Assembly (NCBI GenBank): GCA_016861205.1
Contig: BOKX01000001.1
Coordinates: 72,539 to 136,538 of the forward strand
DNA from: Patescibacteria group bacterium
GTDB taxonomy: Bacteria; Patescibacteriota; Microgenomatia; UBA1400; PJMF01
Reading direction: 5' to 3'
DNA: 64,000 nucleotides
In this document: piece after piece, positions 28,343 through 37,804 of the stretch
Numbering within the stretch: position 1 is the stretch's first letter
Layout: each line of letters opens with the position of its first letter
Translations under genes and position numbers: made by a program
Notes under the pieces: model-generated
Told to the model about the DNA's origin: nothing
The model's database searches: none
The model's input: the letters and a program-made list of their open reading frames with translations, nothing else

Positions 28343-30853
28343 TTAGGTAGTAGTGATCGGCCGAGCCTGGAAGAGATAGACAGTATCCCCTACAATTCCC
28401 CACTCAAGATCAGCTGGTTTTTTTTGAAAAGCATCTTGCATCGTTTGCTCAATAAACAAACCAAGAGTAGCTAACTTCTGTAAATGTTGAGAAGTTAGCA
28501 GCGCCTGACTCGTGCCGGGAATTATCTGACGAATGTTACCCGAGTGGGCACTATCTCTATCGAGGATAAAGCGAGTTGGCTTGACGTTTCCGCTGGTCAC
28601 TCCTCGATTTTGACCGTTAACGGCTTCAATGATCATACTGTTATGTCCAAGTCCGTTCGAGGGTGTCGGGTTTTTTGTGAACATAACACCAGACAACGTT
28701 GGATTCACTTGTTCTTGGATGATAATGCTGCCTTCGTATGGTGAACGTCCATTCTTGCCCCGAGAGTTAATGAAAATATATGACCGAAGTTGTTCAATAA
28801 TGTTACTGATGGTTAGATCAGGAATACTATCAAAGTAACCAGCCGCGGCAGACCCATTCGTGTCTTCCAATCTGCAGCTACTTCTGATCATGATTTCTGC
28901 TAAATCAGTCCAATTCAAACCACGGCATGATTGATAGATCATTTGAATAAGTTCATCGCCAAATGCGTAGTTTTTAACTGATTTATGGCGACGAGCTTTT
29001 TGGAGTTCATCAGCCACTAAATCTGGAGGCAAGAAGAATGCCGGTGTGATTTTATAGTTTCCAACATCTTGGTGCTGATGTAAAAGAGCTAAGTTAAATG
29101 CTTTGACACCAAGGTCAGAAGCGGTTAATCCAAACGTGTCTGTTACATTGGGAAATGGAATTACCTTGTTAATATTTTGGGCAGTTTCCAAACGAGATAC
29201 CCAACCCTCATCGGCGTTGACTTTGACGCGGTCGCCTGTTGAGAGCGCTTTGAGTAAGCCAGAAATGCCGACAATAGTGGGAATTTCTTGTTCCCGAGCC
29301 GTAATAGCAGCATGACAAGTGATGCCGCCTGTTTCAGTCAGAATAGCACCCACTTGGTATTTTTTTTGCTGGCGCCATTCATTTATGGCATACATTAGGT
29401 CGGGATCAGTAGAACCACTAACAATTACGACGATGGTATTTGGTGGAACGATAGCTTTTTTGAGATCATCAGGCCTAAAGGCAACAATCACTGTTCCCTC
29501 AGTTTGTCCTGGCCAAACCTGTGATCCAGTTAAGTATCTGGGATCAATCTCGGCTTCGTAACTAGCGCTAATACGTGCCAGGATATCAGCCACCAAATCA
29601 GGATTATCAATCACGCCGTGTGTTAGGTCTTTGATGTAGTACAAAAAATTTTGAGTATGCCGTGTCTGAAGCTTTGTGTGAATGTCATGCTGAAGCTCTG
29701 GCTGGGAACTATCAAGTAAAGCACTCAGCTCGGGGGGAATAGCGCCTCTCACGGCAGCTTCAGGTAAGTTATGACGACGAGCAATTTCGTACAGTAGCTT
29801 GTCCAGAAACATGAAATTAACAAGTTGTGCATTGCGTCGATACATTTTGGCTAGACCAATTTGGGGATAGAGCTTAAACAGGTCTTGCCAATTTTTGTCG
29901 ATTTGATAGTGATCAAATGCAGCCTCTCGTTCAGACTCATTGGAGATAAGCCGGTCTTTTTTGCGGGCGATAACTTGGTGGGGAGCATTGTTAATTAGAC
30001 TACGAATTTTATCTATCACTTCGGTTTCCGTCATTGCTTGCCTGTTTGCATAACCATGATAGATGGTGCTGCCATAGCGATGAACAAAATCTTTAATTCT
30101 TTCGCGGTAGCTTGGTTGTAGGTAAAGCCAGACAAATTTAAGTGGTTGATCTAAAAGATCTGCTTGTCTCTGACCAATGGTCAGAGTTGGATCATCGATG
30201 ATATCGGCCGCCAATTGGAGTAGAGTTAGTTCAGCCTGATCCAAAACTGAGGATTCAGTGGGTGCAATGAGAGTCGAGAAAGCTCTATTGAGCTCTTTTG
30301 GTGATGGGGCTGATAACGCTTGTTTTGTCATGGCAAACTGTAGGTGATTTTTCAAAAGTTTGCTAAACAGTTCGTAGCCGCGATCCAGTGCTTCGGGAAT
30401 ACGAGCATAGTTGTAAACAGCTAGATGCAACTGAGTGTGTGTGTCAAAAAGTGCTTTTAGCTCTGAATCTGATAATTCAGAAAATGAAGTTTTTTTTAAA
30501 TGTTGACGCGAGAAATCTTCTAACTGATCACAAGTGGCATAGATTTGTTGCAAAACCTCAGTCATCCAACTGGGGTTTTCTCGTAGTTTAGCGATAATGT
30601 GATCGGCAACTTTTTTAACGTCAGCTTCTGGTGCCCAGTACATTTCATTAAATTGTGAAAAGTGAGAGATTAGGGTGGTGTAAGCCAGGTCGATTTCACC
30701 AAGGGGTGGCAGTATCTGACTGGATGTACATAAATAGTACCAGGCAATATTGACATCATTATCAAGATTGGGGTTGCCATCTGTCCAACGGCCGGTGTTG
30801 AGCGAGCCTTCTAAAGGCGTTAGAGCATTATATTCAAAGGTGTTTAGCGACAT
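28343..30853 (-). CDS. PEP-utilising enzyme with permuted domain order (unknown N-terminal 450 aa, then His-swivel domain, then PPDK_N-type ATP-grasp)
   Basis: TETGGITCHAAITAREQEIPTIVG is the canonical mobile-domain His motif at about residue 500. The C-terminus GVMFTKNPTPSNG...MIIEAVNGQNRGVTSGNVKPTRFILDR...DLEWGIVGDTVYLFQARPIT matches the nucleotide-binding PPDK_N domain. Confidence 0.6.
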   Translation of the reverse strand: MSLNTFEYNALTPLEGSLNTGRWTDGNPNLDNDVNIAWYYLCTSSQILPPLGEIDLAYTTLISHFSQFNEMYWAPEADVKKVADHIIAKLRENPSWMTEVLQQIYATCDQLEDFSRQHLKKTSFSELSDSELKALFDTHTQLHLAVYNYARIPEALDRGYELFSKLLKNHLQFAMTKQALSAPSPKELNRAFSTLIAPTESSVLDQAELTLLQLAADIIDDPTLTIGQRQADLLDQPLKFVWLYLQPSYRERIKDFVHRYGSTIYHGYANRQAMTETEVIDKIRSLINNAPHQVIARKKDRLISNESEREAAFDHYQIDKNWQDLFKLYPQIGLAKMYRRNAQLVNFMFLDKLLYEIARRHNLPEAAVRGAIPPELSALLDSSQPELQHDIHTKLQTRHTQNFLYYIKDLTHGVIDNPDLVADILARISASYEAEIDPRYLTGSQVWPGQTEGTVIVAFRPDDLKKAIVPPNTIVVIVSGSTDPDLMYAINEWRQQKKYQVGAILTETGGITCHAAITAREQEIPTIVGISGLLKALSTGDRVKVNADEGWVSRLETAQNINKVIPFPNVTDTFGLTASDLGVKAFNLALLHQHQDVGNYKITPAFFLPPDLVADELQKARRHKSVKNYAFGDELIQMIYQSCRGLNWTDLAEIMIRSSCRLEDTNGSAAAGYFDSIPDLTISNIIEQLRSYIFINSRGKNGRSPYEGSIIIQEQVNPTLSGVMFTKNPTPSNGLGHNSMIIEAVNGQNRGVTSGNVKPTRFILDRDSAHSGNIRQIIPGTSQALLTSQHLQKLATLGLFIEQTMQDAFQKKPADLEWGIVGDTVYLFQARPITTT

Positions 30854-30894
30854 AGCCTGGTACCAGGCTCGTATTCTACACCTTGGGTGAAGTT

Positions 30895-31350
30895 CTAGTT
30901 AGTATTTGCCTCAAGTAACTGATCAATGCGTTTTTTTTCTGCATCTGCGACGTTATGGGTTTTTGACCCAGGGTAGTAACGCCGCAGGAACTCACGAACC
31001 CAGATTCTGGCACGTTGCTCCAAGTTTTGAAGTAGATAGCGATCGTAGCTATCATCATCGCGCTGGTTTTTTCTAACATCCAAGAGCAACTGTAACGTTC
31101 GAGGATTTTGAGCTGCCGACGCATAGTAAAAGGCATGGGCGACCTCTTCCACCACCACCCGTTCCATTCTGATGGCCTCTTCGTCCAAAGATCCGCGTTC
31201 ACTGCTCAAGATATAGTCGGTGGCTGATTCCTCAGACTCACCATCATCGACTAGTGCCGAAATACGATCTTGACGTGGTTGGAGAGTCCGAACGACTTTG
31301 TCGCAAATATGGTCCCAGTTGATTTGAACACTAATGTGTTCAAGTACCAA
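30895..31350 (-). CDS. hypothetical protein
   Basis: 151-aa ORF; the overlapping 30876..31202 ORF in another frame is rejected as the shorter one. Confidence 0.35.
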   Translation of the reverse strand: MVLEHISVQINWDHICDKVVRTLQPRQDRISALVDDGESEESATDYILSSERGSLDEEAIRMERVVVEEVAHAFYYASAAQNPRTLQLLLDVRKNQRDDDSYDRYLLQNLEQRARIWVREFLRRYYPGSKTHNVADAEKKRIDQLLEANTN

Positions 31351-31407
31351 TCGATGTAAATCCTGAGGACTAACCTCAGCTAATAAGACAGGTTGGTTAT
31401 CAATGGA

Positions 31408-31710
31408 TCAGGTATCTAAGCAGTAACCTAAAGTATCTGGATCCTCAATGGCTAGTTTGTCGAAGGTAACTTCGCAAGGAAATGAAATTGGGGTGTGGTC
31501 AACCATGTACTGATAAACGAAACCACATCTGTTAATAATGGTGGCTGCCCACGTAACTTCTTCGGTGGTCAGGTCGTACTTCTCAGCCAGTTCCTCCACT
31601 ACCTCTTCAAGGTGGTCGCGAAGAAACTGTTCTTGCAGCTGAAAGAACTCAGCCGTAGCTGGCCAGTCAAACTTTGTGGTCTGTTTTTCTTGAGGGTATT
31701 CGTTGATCAT
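31408..31710 (-). CDS. hypothetical small acidic protein
   Basis: 100-aa ORF with no motif. Confidence 0.35.
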   Translation of the reverse strand: MINEYPQEKQTTKFDWPATAEFFQLQEQFLRDHLEEVVEELAEKYDLTTEEVTWAATIINRCGFVYQYMVDHTPISFPCEVTFDKLAIEDPDTLGYCLDT

Positions 31711-31779
31711 CGTTTTCTGCGCTCCGCTGCGTAGTAGGCGGACACACGCCGTTCTGAGCTGTATACTAGCACAGAGTGT

Positions 31780-32499
31780 ATGTCAGTTGTCACTTTCGAA
31801 ATCATCAACGGTAAGCAAGTTTTTGTGACTCGAAACCAAATCAGTTCGCGGCATTTGGTAATCATGAGCCACGGTTTTCGTGGGACTTCCACTGGGCCAG
31901 CTCGCAGTTTTGTGAACTTCGAGCGATTGCTAGCCGCCAATGGAATTTCTACCTTGCGCTTCGATCAGCCCAACTGTGGTAACTCAGAAGGTGACTTCTT
32001 GGATGCCTCGTTTGCTGAGTGGATTGGAGCGATCGTTTCCCTGGCTCAGCAGGCCGTGGCTGATGGCTTTCAGGTTATTTTGCTTGGTCAAAGTATGGGG
32101 GCAACTGCCAGTCTTGTGGCTGCAAGCCGGCCAGAGTTAAAGGACCAGATTCCCGCTGTTTTACTGTGGGTTCCCGATCCCAAGCTTGACCCACAAGTTG
32201 AAGCCAGCCAAGTTTACGAAGAAGCTGGTGAACAGTACCGAGGTCAGTTCTGGATTGAGGCCCAAGCCGCAGGTTTCATGAGCCGCTTGGATGAGTACTC
32301 TGGCGGGATTCATCTAGTGTATGGTGAACATGATCGTTATGTCACAGCGGCTGCCAAGCAGCAAGTGATGGAGAAAGTTACTGCCAAAGGTCAGCCGGTG
32401 ATGGTGCTGGCGAACCAGGATCACAGTCCGTGGGATTTTGATTCAGCGCAACAAGTCTTCCAAGCAGAGTTGGAGTTTGTGAAACGATACTTTAAATAA
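31780..32499 (+). CDS. alpha/beta hydrolase
   Basis: HGFRG oxyanion region, GQSMG nucleophile elbow, C-terminal QDHSPWD; 239 aa. Confidence 0.8.
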   Translation: MSVVTFEIINGKQVFVTRNQISSRHLVIMSHGFRGTSTGPARSFVNFERLLAANGISTLRFDQPNCGNSEGDFLDASFAEWIGAIVSLAQQAVADGFQVILLGQSMGATASLVAASRPELKDQIPAVLLWVPDPKLDPQVEASQVYEEAGEQYRGQFWIEAQAAGFMSRLDEYSGGIHLVYGEHDRYVTAAAKQQVMEKVTAKGQPVMVLANQDHSPWDFDSAQQVFQAELEFVKRYFK

Positions 32500-32515
32500 G
32501 CAAGTTTCCATGAAG

Positions 32516-33370
32516 CTAAACCAGTAGCAGCACACCGGCAAAAGCCAATGCGGTGCCGATGGCTTTTTGCCAAACTTTGTCACGCTCTTTGAGCAGCACG
32601 TAACTAAAGATCACGCTGAAGATGAGACTGGTTTGTTGAATCGGGGAAATGATAGATGCAGGGCCACCCAACTTGTACGCGGTAAAAATGGTCAAAGCCG
32701 CCAGCGCGTACAAAACGCAGCACAAGATCATTTTTTTGAGTACGCTCGGTTGAGCATAATGTGGCAGCGCTAACACTGATTTCGGTCGGTACACCAGGCT
32801 CGCCAGCCCTGGCAACGTGAAGGCCAACGCCATGTAAGCCGCGACACTTTGGTAGTGGTTGAGAATGTACGCGTCATTGGTGAAAGCTACGCCGAACAAC
32901 ACGGCACCCAGCAACGCGAAAGCGTGGCCGCGGTTCAGTTTCCACGCCGACCGAGTGTAGTTAATCGCGATCATACTGCCGACGATGAGGACAATCCCTA
33001 GGATATTTAATCCTGTCACCCGCTCCCCTAGCATGATCAACGCTGCGATGACAGCCCAGACAGTGCTGGTAGCCATCACGATTGACACCTCCGAAGCTTC
33101 CGCCAGCTTGAAGGCTTTAAAGACACAGATGTTTCCCAAGCTATAGAACACAGTTAGCACGATTAGGTTGGGCCAAACACTACGCAAATCTGGCAGTTCC
33201 AGCGACTGTGTTACCAGCGCGTATAAGAAGAATAAACCAGCCACCATTAGCTGAAACACAAATCCAAAAGCGAACGTATCGCTTTGGTCATCTTTCAACA
33301 TGATTTTTTGCAGAATTCTCGATAAAGCCAAGGTGATTGCACTCGTCAGAGTTAGGAGGAGCCAGTTCAT
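32516..33370 (-). CDS. EamA/DMT-family transporter
   Basis: 10 predicted TM helices in two EamA-like halves; 284 aa. Confidence 0.7.
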   Translation of the reverse strand: MNWLLLTLTSAITLALSRILQKIMLKDDQSDTFAFGFVFQLMVAGLFFLYALVTQSLELPDLRSVWPNLIVLTVFYSLGNICVFKAFKLAEASEVSIVMATSTVWAVIAALIMLGERVTGLNILGIVLIVGSMIAINYTRSAWKLNRGHAFALLGAVLFGVAFTNDAYILNHYQSVAAYMALAFTLPGLASLVYRPKSVLALPHYAQPSVLKKMILCCVLYALAALTIFTAYKLGGPASIISPIQQTSLIFSVIFSYVLLKERDKVWQKAIGTALAFAGVLLLV

Positions 33371-33382
33371 AGATAATCCGTT

Positions 33383-34108
33383 CTAGCCTTGTTGGTGATT
33401 AATAAGGTCCATGCGTTTAACAACAACTTTTGGCGAGCGAGTTAACATGAACATGATGGCATCGACTGATTCCTGAGGGTCGAACATCCAGGGTTCATGT
33501 TGTTTGTAGGTGTGACCGGCTTTGACGAATAGCTGAGTTTCCATGCCACCTGGGTAGTAACCCATCACCCGAACGTTGCTGTTATCAAACTCTTTAGCCA
33601 AGGCTTCACTAAAAGCCTGAATACCAAACTTGCTGGCCGAGTAAACGGTGTGGAAGAAGCCACTGGGGATTTCTACCCCGGCGATGCTTGAGACGTTGAC
33701 GATTTGACTAAACTCAGCATGCTTGAGTACTGGTAGGAGGAGCCGCGTGATCAAGACCGGGGCGGTCAAATTGACACCAAGTACTTCCAGGATTTTCTCG
33801 GGGTTACCGTCGATAGTGTTCCCTTCCAACCAAACTCCAGCATTATTCACCAGGATGTCGAGTTTCTTGATAGTTGCGAACTGTGTTTCAATTGCCGCCG
33901 GTTGAGTTAAATCACAGACTAGCTCGGTGACCGAAACTTCGGGTGCAAGCTTTTGCACTTCTTGGCAAGTTTGTGTGACTTTTTGGACATCGCGACCATG
34001 AACAATAACGTCAGCTCCAGCTTGAGCTAGGGCTATAGCAATTTTTTTGCCTAGTCCATCGGTGGCACCAGTGACTAAGGCTACTTGTTTGCGGAGTGAA
34101 AACGACAT
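33383..34108 (-). CDS. SDR family oxidoreductase
   Basis: VALVTGATDGLGKKIA (TGxxxGxG), NNAG, YSASK (YxxxK). Confidence 0.85.
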   Translation of the reverse strand: MSFSLRKQVALVTGATDGLGKKIAIALAQAGADVIVHGRDVQKVTQTCQEVQKLAPEVSVTELVCDLTQPAAIETQFATIKKLDILVNNAGVWLEGNTIDGNPEKILEVLGVNLTAPVLITRLLLPVLKHAEFSQIVNVSSIAGVEIPSGFFHTVYSASKFGIQAFSEALAKEFDNSNVRVMGYYPGGMETQLFVKAGHTYKQHEPWMFDPQESVDAIMFMLTRSPKVVVKRMDLINHQQG

Positions 34109-34152
34109 GGCACTATCGTATCACTTTCGGGTAGAAAAAAGTTTTTGGAAAG

Positions 34153-34338
34153 TTACTTCTCTACCCTGAATCCGACCACAGCCATGATTAAGGTCACCAC
34201 CATGTTTGTGACAATAATGTTCAGAACAGGCAGCTGATCATCGAGTACTAACAGTGCAGCTGAACCTAACCAAACTAGGCCGATGATGGCAGCCGTCCAT
34301 GGGTACTTAACGAGGGCAACCATGCCATTTTTTAACAT
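34153..34338 (-). CDS. small two-TM membrane protein
   Basis: 61 aa, hydrophobic, 11 nt downstream of the ABC1 kinase gene. Confidence 0.35.
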   Translation of the reverse strand: MLKNGMVALVKYPWTAAIIGLVWLGSAALLVLDDQLPVLNIIVTNMVVTLIMAVVGFRVEK

Positions 34339-34348
34339 ACTCGCCTTT

Positions 34349-35797
34349 CTAAATTTGTATTAGCCGCTGATACAAAAGTGCATCATGTTCTATAAGATTT
34401 GTGAGCCAATCGGCGACAACTTCGAGAGCTGTCTCTGGATCTGCCAGGGTTGAACTCTGCTTCGTTGGTTCAGAAAGCGAATGAACATCAATCGAGGTGG
34501 TGATTTCGTGATACACATCTTTCATTACAAAAACATCAGGTTGCAGTAGTGACGTAAACGACTTGATCAAAAAGGCACTACGTAATGCGGCAAACATGCC
34601 AGCCGGTAACTGCATTTGAAACTGTTCACCAAGCTGCAACAATTCTTGCCAAATATACGCATAGTCACCACGATGTGTGTGACGACATTTGTCTAAAAGC
34701 TGAGGATTTTTCATTATTTGCTTCTCATACTGTTTAATCACTTTGGGAGTGACAGCTGACTTAGTTAATTGAAACTCGTCACAAACTTCTAGGGCAGAAA
34801 GCAGTGACTGGCCAGCAAACTCAAAAAAAGCCCGACTCAAACTGCTGGTATCAATGGTATCTTGGGTTGCCACCATACTTTTTAAAATCTGATAGTAACT
34901 GCGTTTATTTGAGGGCGAGTCAGCCATAATCCCAAAATCAATAAAAGCGAACTGATTGTTGGGTAGGATTTTAATATTGCCAGGATGCGGATCAGAGTAA
35001 AAGCGATCAAGCAAAAAAGATTGTTCCAAAAGTGAGTAACTAAGCGATTTATTGATAAAGCTCAAATCAGTCTGAAAAGTGTCAGCCAGCCATTGATCTT
35101 GCCGGCCATTGGTCAGTGTTTGTCGGAGAAGATCTGTGACTGACACTCCGCCGATATATTCTTGGACCACTAGATTTTTAGTCGACAGCTCAGCGTAGGT
35201 GTGCGGGATGACAACCGTGGGATGATGACGGTAAAAATCAGCTAGAGCTAGTGCGTTTTTAACTTCCTGTTGATAGTCAAGTTCGCGCCAAGTAATTTCT
35301 TGAAACTCCCGAGCCAGGCGTTTGAGATTTACAATCTTAGGATCAAGTACCCAAGATGCTAGCCAAGAGATAACTTGAATCAGAAATAAATCAAAAGCTA
35401 AAGCAGCACTCAAGTTTTGCCGTTTAACTTTGATAATAACTTTTTGCCCTGTTTGCAAGGTGGCTAGGTAGACTTGGCCGAAGGTGCCCGCTGCAAATGG
35501 TTGAGGTTCAATTGAGGTAAATGTTTTGGTAGCTATCGTTCCAATTTCTGCGGCCAGAAACGACTCTATATCAATTTTTTGGGCTGGGACCTGATCAAAA
35601 AAGCCGAGGAACTCAAGTTTGTCAGCTGTTGAAAAAACTTCCGTTCGCAACATCAAAAACTGCATCATCTTGACGTATACCCCACCAAGTGAGGCTACTG
35701 AAGTTTTAAGGACCTGGCGTTTTTGGTCATGGCGACCAGTGATGAGATAGAAACAGTAAGCGAGGCAAGATTGAATCAGCAAGCCAAGTCGGGACAT
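34349..35797 (-). CDS. ABC1/UbiB-family atypical protein kinase
   Basis: GVYVKMMQ, AAGTFGQVYLA, VQEYIGG, DPHPGNI motifs. Confidence 0.85.
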   Translation of the reverse strand: MSRLGLLIQSCLAYCFYLITGRHDQKRQVLKTSVASLGGVYVKMMQFLMLRTEVFSTADKLEFLGFFDQVPAQKIDIESFLAAEIGTIATKTFTSIEPQPFAAGTFGQVYLATLQTGQKVIIKVKRQNLSAALAFDLFLIQVISWLASWVLDPKIVNLKRLAREFQEITWRELDYQQEVKNALALADFYRHHPTVVIPHTYAELSTKNLVVQEYIGGVSVTDLLRQTLTNGRQDQWLADTFQTDLSFINKSLSYSLLEQSFLLDRFYSDPHPGNIKILPNNQFAFIDFGIMADSPSNKRSYYQILKSMVATQDTIDTSSLSRAFFEFAGQSLLSALEVCDEFQLTKSAVTPKVIKQYEKQIMKNPQLLDKCRHTHRGDYAYIWQELLQLGEQFQMQLPAGMFAALRSAFLIKSFTSLLQPDVFVMKDVYHEITTSIDVHSLSEPTKQSSTLADPETALEVVADWLTNLIEHDALLYQRLIQI

Positions 35798-35958
35798 TAT
35801 TTATTTTTCCAGAATCCAATTAGAAATAAGACCAGTGAGAAGACAACGGTTAATCGATACAGATTCAGAGCCAGCTGGGTACTTTGGTAGATTTGAGAGA
35901 TAACAAGAATAGCTAGCCAGATGCAGAATAACGCCAAGAAGACGGAAGGGTATTTCAT
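35797..35958 (-). CDS. 53-aa hydrophobic mini-protein translationally coupled (TAATG) to the ABC1 kinase start
   Basis: MKYPSVFLALFCIWLAILVISQIYQSTQLALNLYRLTVVFSLVLFLIGFWKNK. Its stop overlaps the kinase ATG as TAATG. Below the ORF-track length cutoff; coordinates +/-2. Confidence 0.35.
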   Translation of the reverse strand: MKYPSVFLALFCIWLAILVISQIYQSTQLALNLYRLTVVFSLVLFLIGFWKNK

Positions 35959-35986
35959 AGCTCTTACGGCTACTATACCAAGTTTA

Positions 35987-36316
35987 TTACCACATAAAAG
36001 CGATGGTTAATAATCGCTCGGCTTTGATTTGTTCTTGGAGACTTAACTTTTGCCGATTTTCAAAACCAGCAATAGCTTCTGTCATTTCGGCCCAGATCCC
36101 ACGAGGTTCTCTGATGGGCTTGGGTTCTAACACCTGTGGCTGATTTGGTACTTCGGCGGGTAGCAATTGAGGTGCTGGTGGTTTATCCAGTTCAACGCTA
36201 GCTTGCCGTGGTGCGACCACGAATCGACCAGGCTGAACTACCGTGGTTCTGAAAGACCCAACCGCAGCCTGAGTATCTAGGTATCGTTGCAAGGTAGCAC
36301 CTTCACTACTGACCAT
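35987..36316 (-). CDS. hypothetical protein
   Basis: The ORF track gives 35987..36388; I chose the internal Met (MVSSEGATLQRY) to avoid a long overlap with the upstream gene. Confidence 0.3.
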   Translation of the reverse strand: MVSSEGATLQRYLDTQAAVGSFRTTVVQPGRFVVAPRQASVELDKPPAPQLLPAEVPNQPQVLEPKPIREPRGIWAEMTEAIAGFENRQKLSLQEQIKAERLLTIAFMW

Positions 36317-37358
36317 CTTCGTCCTCAAACTCATCGTCCACTTCGATGATCGGCAGTTGCTGCCGGTAGACTTCAGGTGGAGTAACACCCAACCGTTCTT
36401 GTAAATAAGCGTTGAGGTGTTGCTGCGAGCCTTCGCTCATCATGAACATAATCAGTTGAATGGCCACCACAGGATCGTTAGCTAGTGTTTCAATAACGGC
36501 GGCTGAGGTACTTTCAATGAGCGGTTGGTCATGGTCGGTGTACATAATTATGTCACCGGCTGGCAAGAAACCTTCTTCATAGGCAGCCGCCTGAATTTTT
36601 GGGTCAGTTAAATTATTGACGAGAGCATGTAGCTGTGGCAAAAGTGCCTGGCGAGCAGCGGCATTATCGAGTACTGCTAGGACACTATGATAGAGACTTT
36701 GGACATCACCGTTGGGATAGAGCCACTGATGAAGAAGGTGAGACTTTTCAACTACTAAGATAGCAGTCTCGTAGTGCTCGCCCGTAACACCTAAGCTGTG
36801 TGCAGCTCGATCAAAGCAAGTACAAGCCATGTCAGGTTTTTGGTCATTTTTTCGCAAAGCCGCCAATACCAACTTAAACAAACCTTGAATAAGAGTGGCT
36901 ATACAAGCTTCGCGGTTACCGTCGAACAAATCTAGAACAGTAATGGTTACTCCATCTTTGTCAGTGACTGGCAGTTCCATCTGTGTGGCTGCATTTACTC
37001 GTGCCACAATTTCACTCGTTTTTAAAAAACCATCTTTTTCAGTGAATAAACCTAAACTCAAGACTAAGGTGATCGCACGACTCTCATAGGCCTGGTTGAT
37101 GAGTTGTTCAGCCCAGTTTTCCAGAGCGCCTTGATCGACATTGAGTTCCATCATTGGCAAGTTGTTTTCTGGGCCAACAGTCTCGCGGATGCGAGCTTTT
37201 TCTTGGGCAGTGAATTGCCCGGCTCCAGCTAAGATGGTAACTGTCCCATCGTTATTGAGACGAATATGTGGCCCAACTGGAGTGGGAATTGCAAAGTGAT
37301 CGGGAGATAAAACGAAGTGAGGATTTGGTTCTTGTTCGAGAAATTTGGTTAATGACAT
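36306..37358 (-). CDS. hypothetical protein with acidic C-terminus
   Basis: 350 aa ending EVDDEFEDEDGQ; no family recognised. Confidence 0.4.
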   Translation of the reverse strand: MSLTKFLEQEPNPHFVLSPDHFAIPTPVGPHIRLNNDGTVTILAGAGQFTAQEKARIRETVGPENNLPMMELNVDQGALENWAEQLINQAYESRAITLVLSLGLFTEKDGFLKTSEIVARVNAATQMELPVTDKDGVTITVLDLFDGNREACIATLIQGLFKLVLAALRKNDQKPDMACTCFDRAAHSLGVTGEHYETAILVVEKSHLLHQWLYPNGDVQSLYHSVLAVLDNAAARQALLPQLHALVNNLTDPKIQAAAYEEGFLPAGDIIMYTDHDQPLIESTSAAVIETLANDPVVAIQLIMFMMSEGSQQHLNAYLQERLGVTPPEVYRQQLPIIEVDDEFEDEDGQ

Positions 37359-37451
37359 AGGCCAGGTTGGTCACTGATTAATTTATTATAAGATGGGTAT
37401 TATACCCTATCGTTATCGAGTGACTTCCCTGGCCTAGTAGGTATCAGAGCT

Positions 37452-37712
37452 TTATCGTGTCCATCTCATCATTAATTGGCCGATCACTACGTTTTGAGCA
37501 GTGACACTGCCATCTTGATTCTGTGGACCAAAAGCAGTGATTTGATCACCAACTTTCAAGCTAGACTTAGCAGCTTCACTAGCTTGAGTATAAGCGGTTT
37601 GGTCTGTGACGAGCACGATTTTAGTGCTGCCGTCACTTAACTTCACCGTCACACTCGTCTCATCCTGATTGATGATTTCTCCAGCGATGGGGCCGTTGCC
37701 CATCATGCCCAT
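37452..37712 (-). CDS. hypothetical small protein with Gly/Met-rich N-terminus
   Basis: 86 aa; GGTGG SD-like sequence before the ATG. The frame stays open upstream into the NUDIX 3' end but has no alternative start there. Confidence 0.3.
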   Translation of the reverse strand: MGMMGNGPIAGEIINQDETSVTVKLSDGSTKIVLVTDQTAYTQASEAAKSSLKVGDQITAFGPQNQDGSVTAQNVVIGQLMMRWTR

Positions 37713-37804
37713 GCCACCACGAACGCCGGTGCCAAATGCCCCATTTGGGTTATTCTGGCCGCGAGCAGCAACAAAACGGGCCCCTGAGGAAATCTGAAAG
37801 TCAG

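Noticed and set aside
30876-31202. 108-aa minus-strand ORF
   Set aside because: It overlaps the longer 30895..31350 ORF in another frame, and I kept the longer one. Neither has motif support, so this choice is weak.
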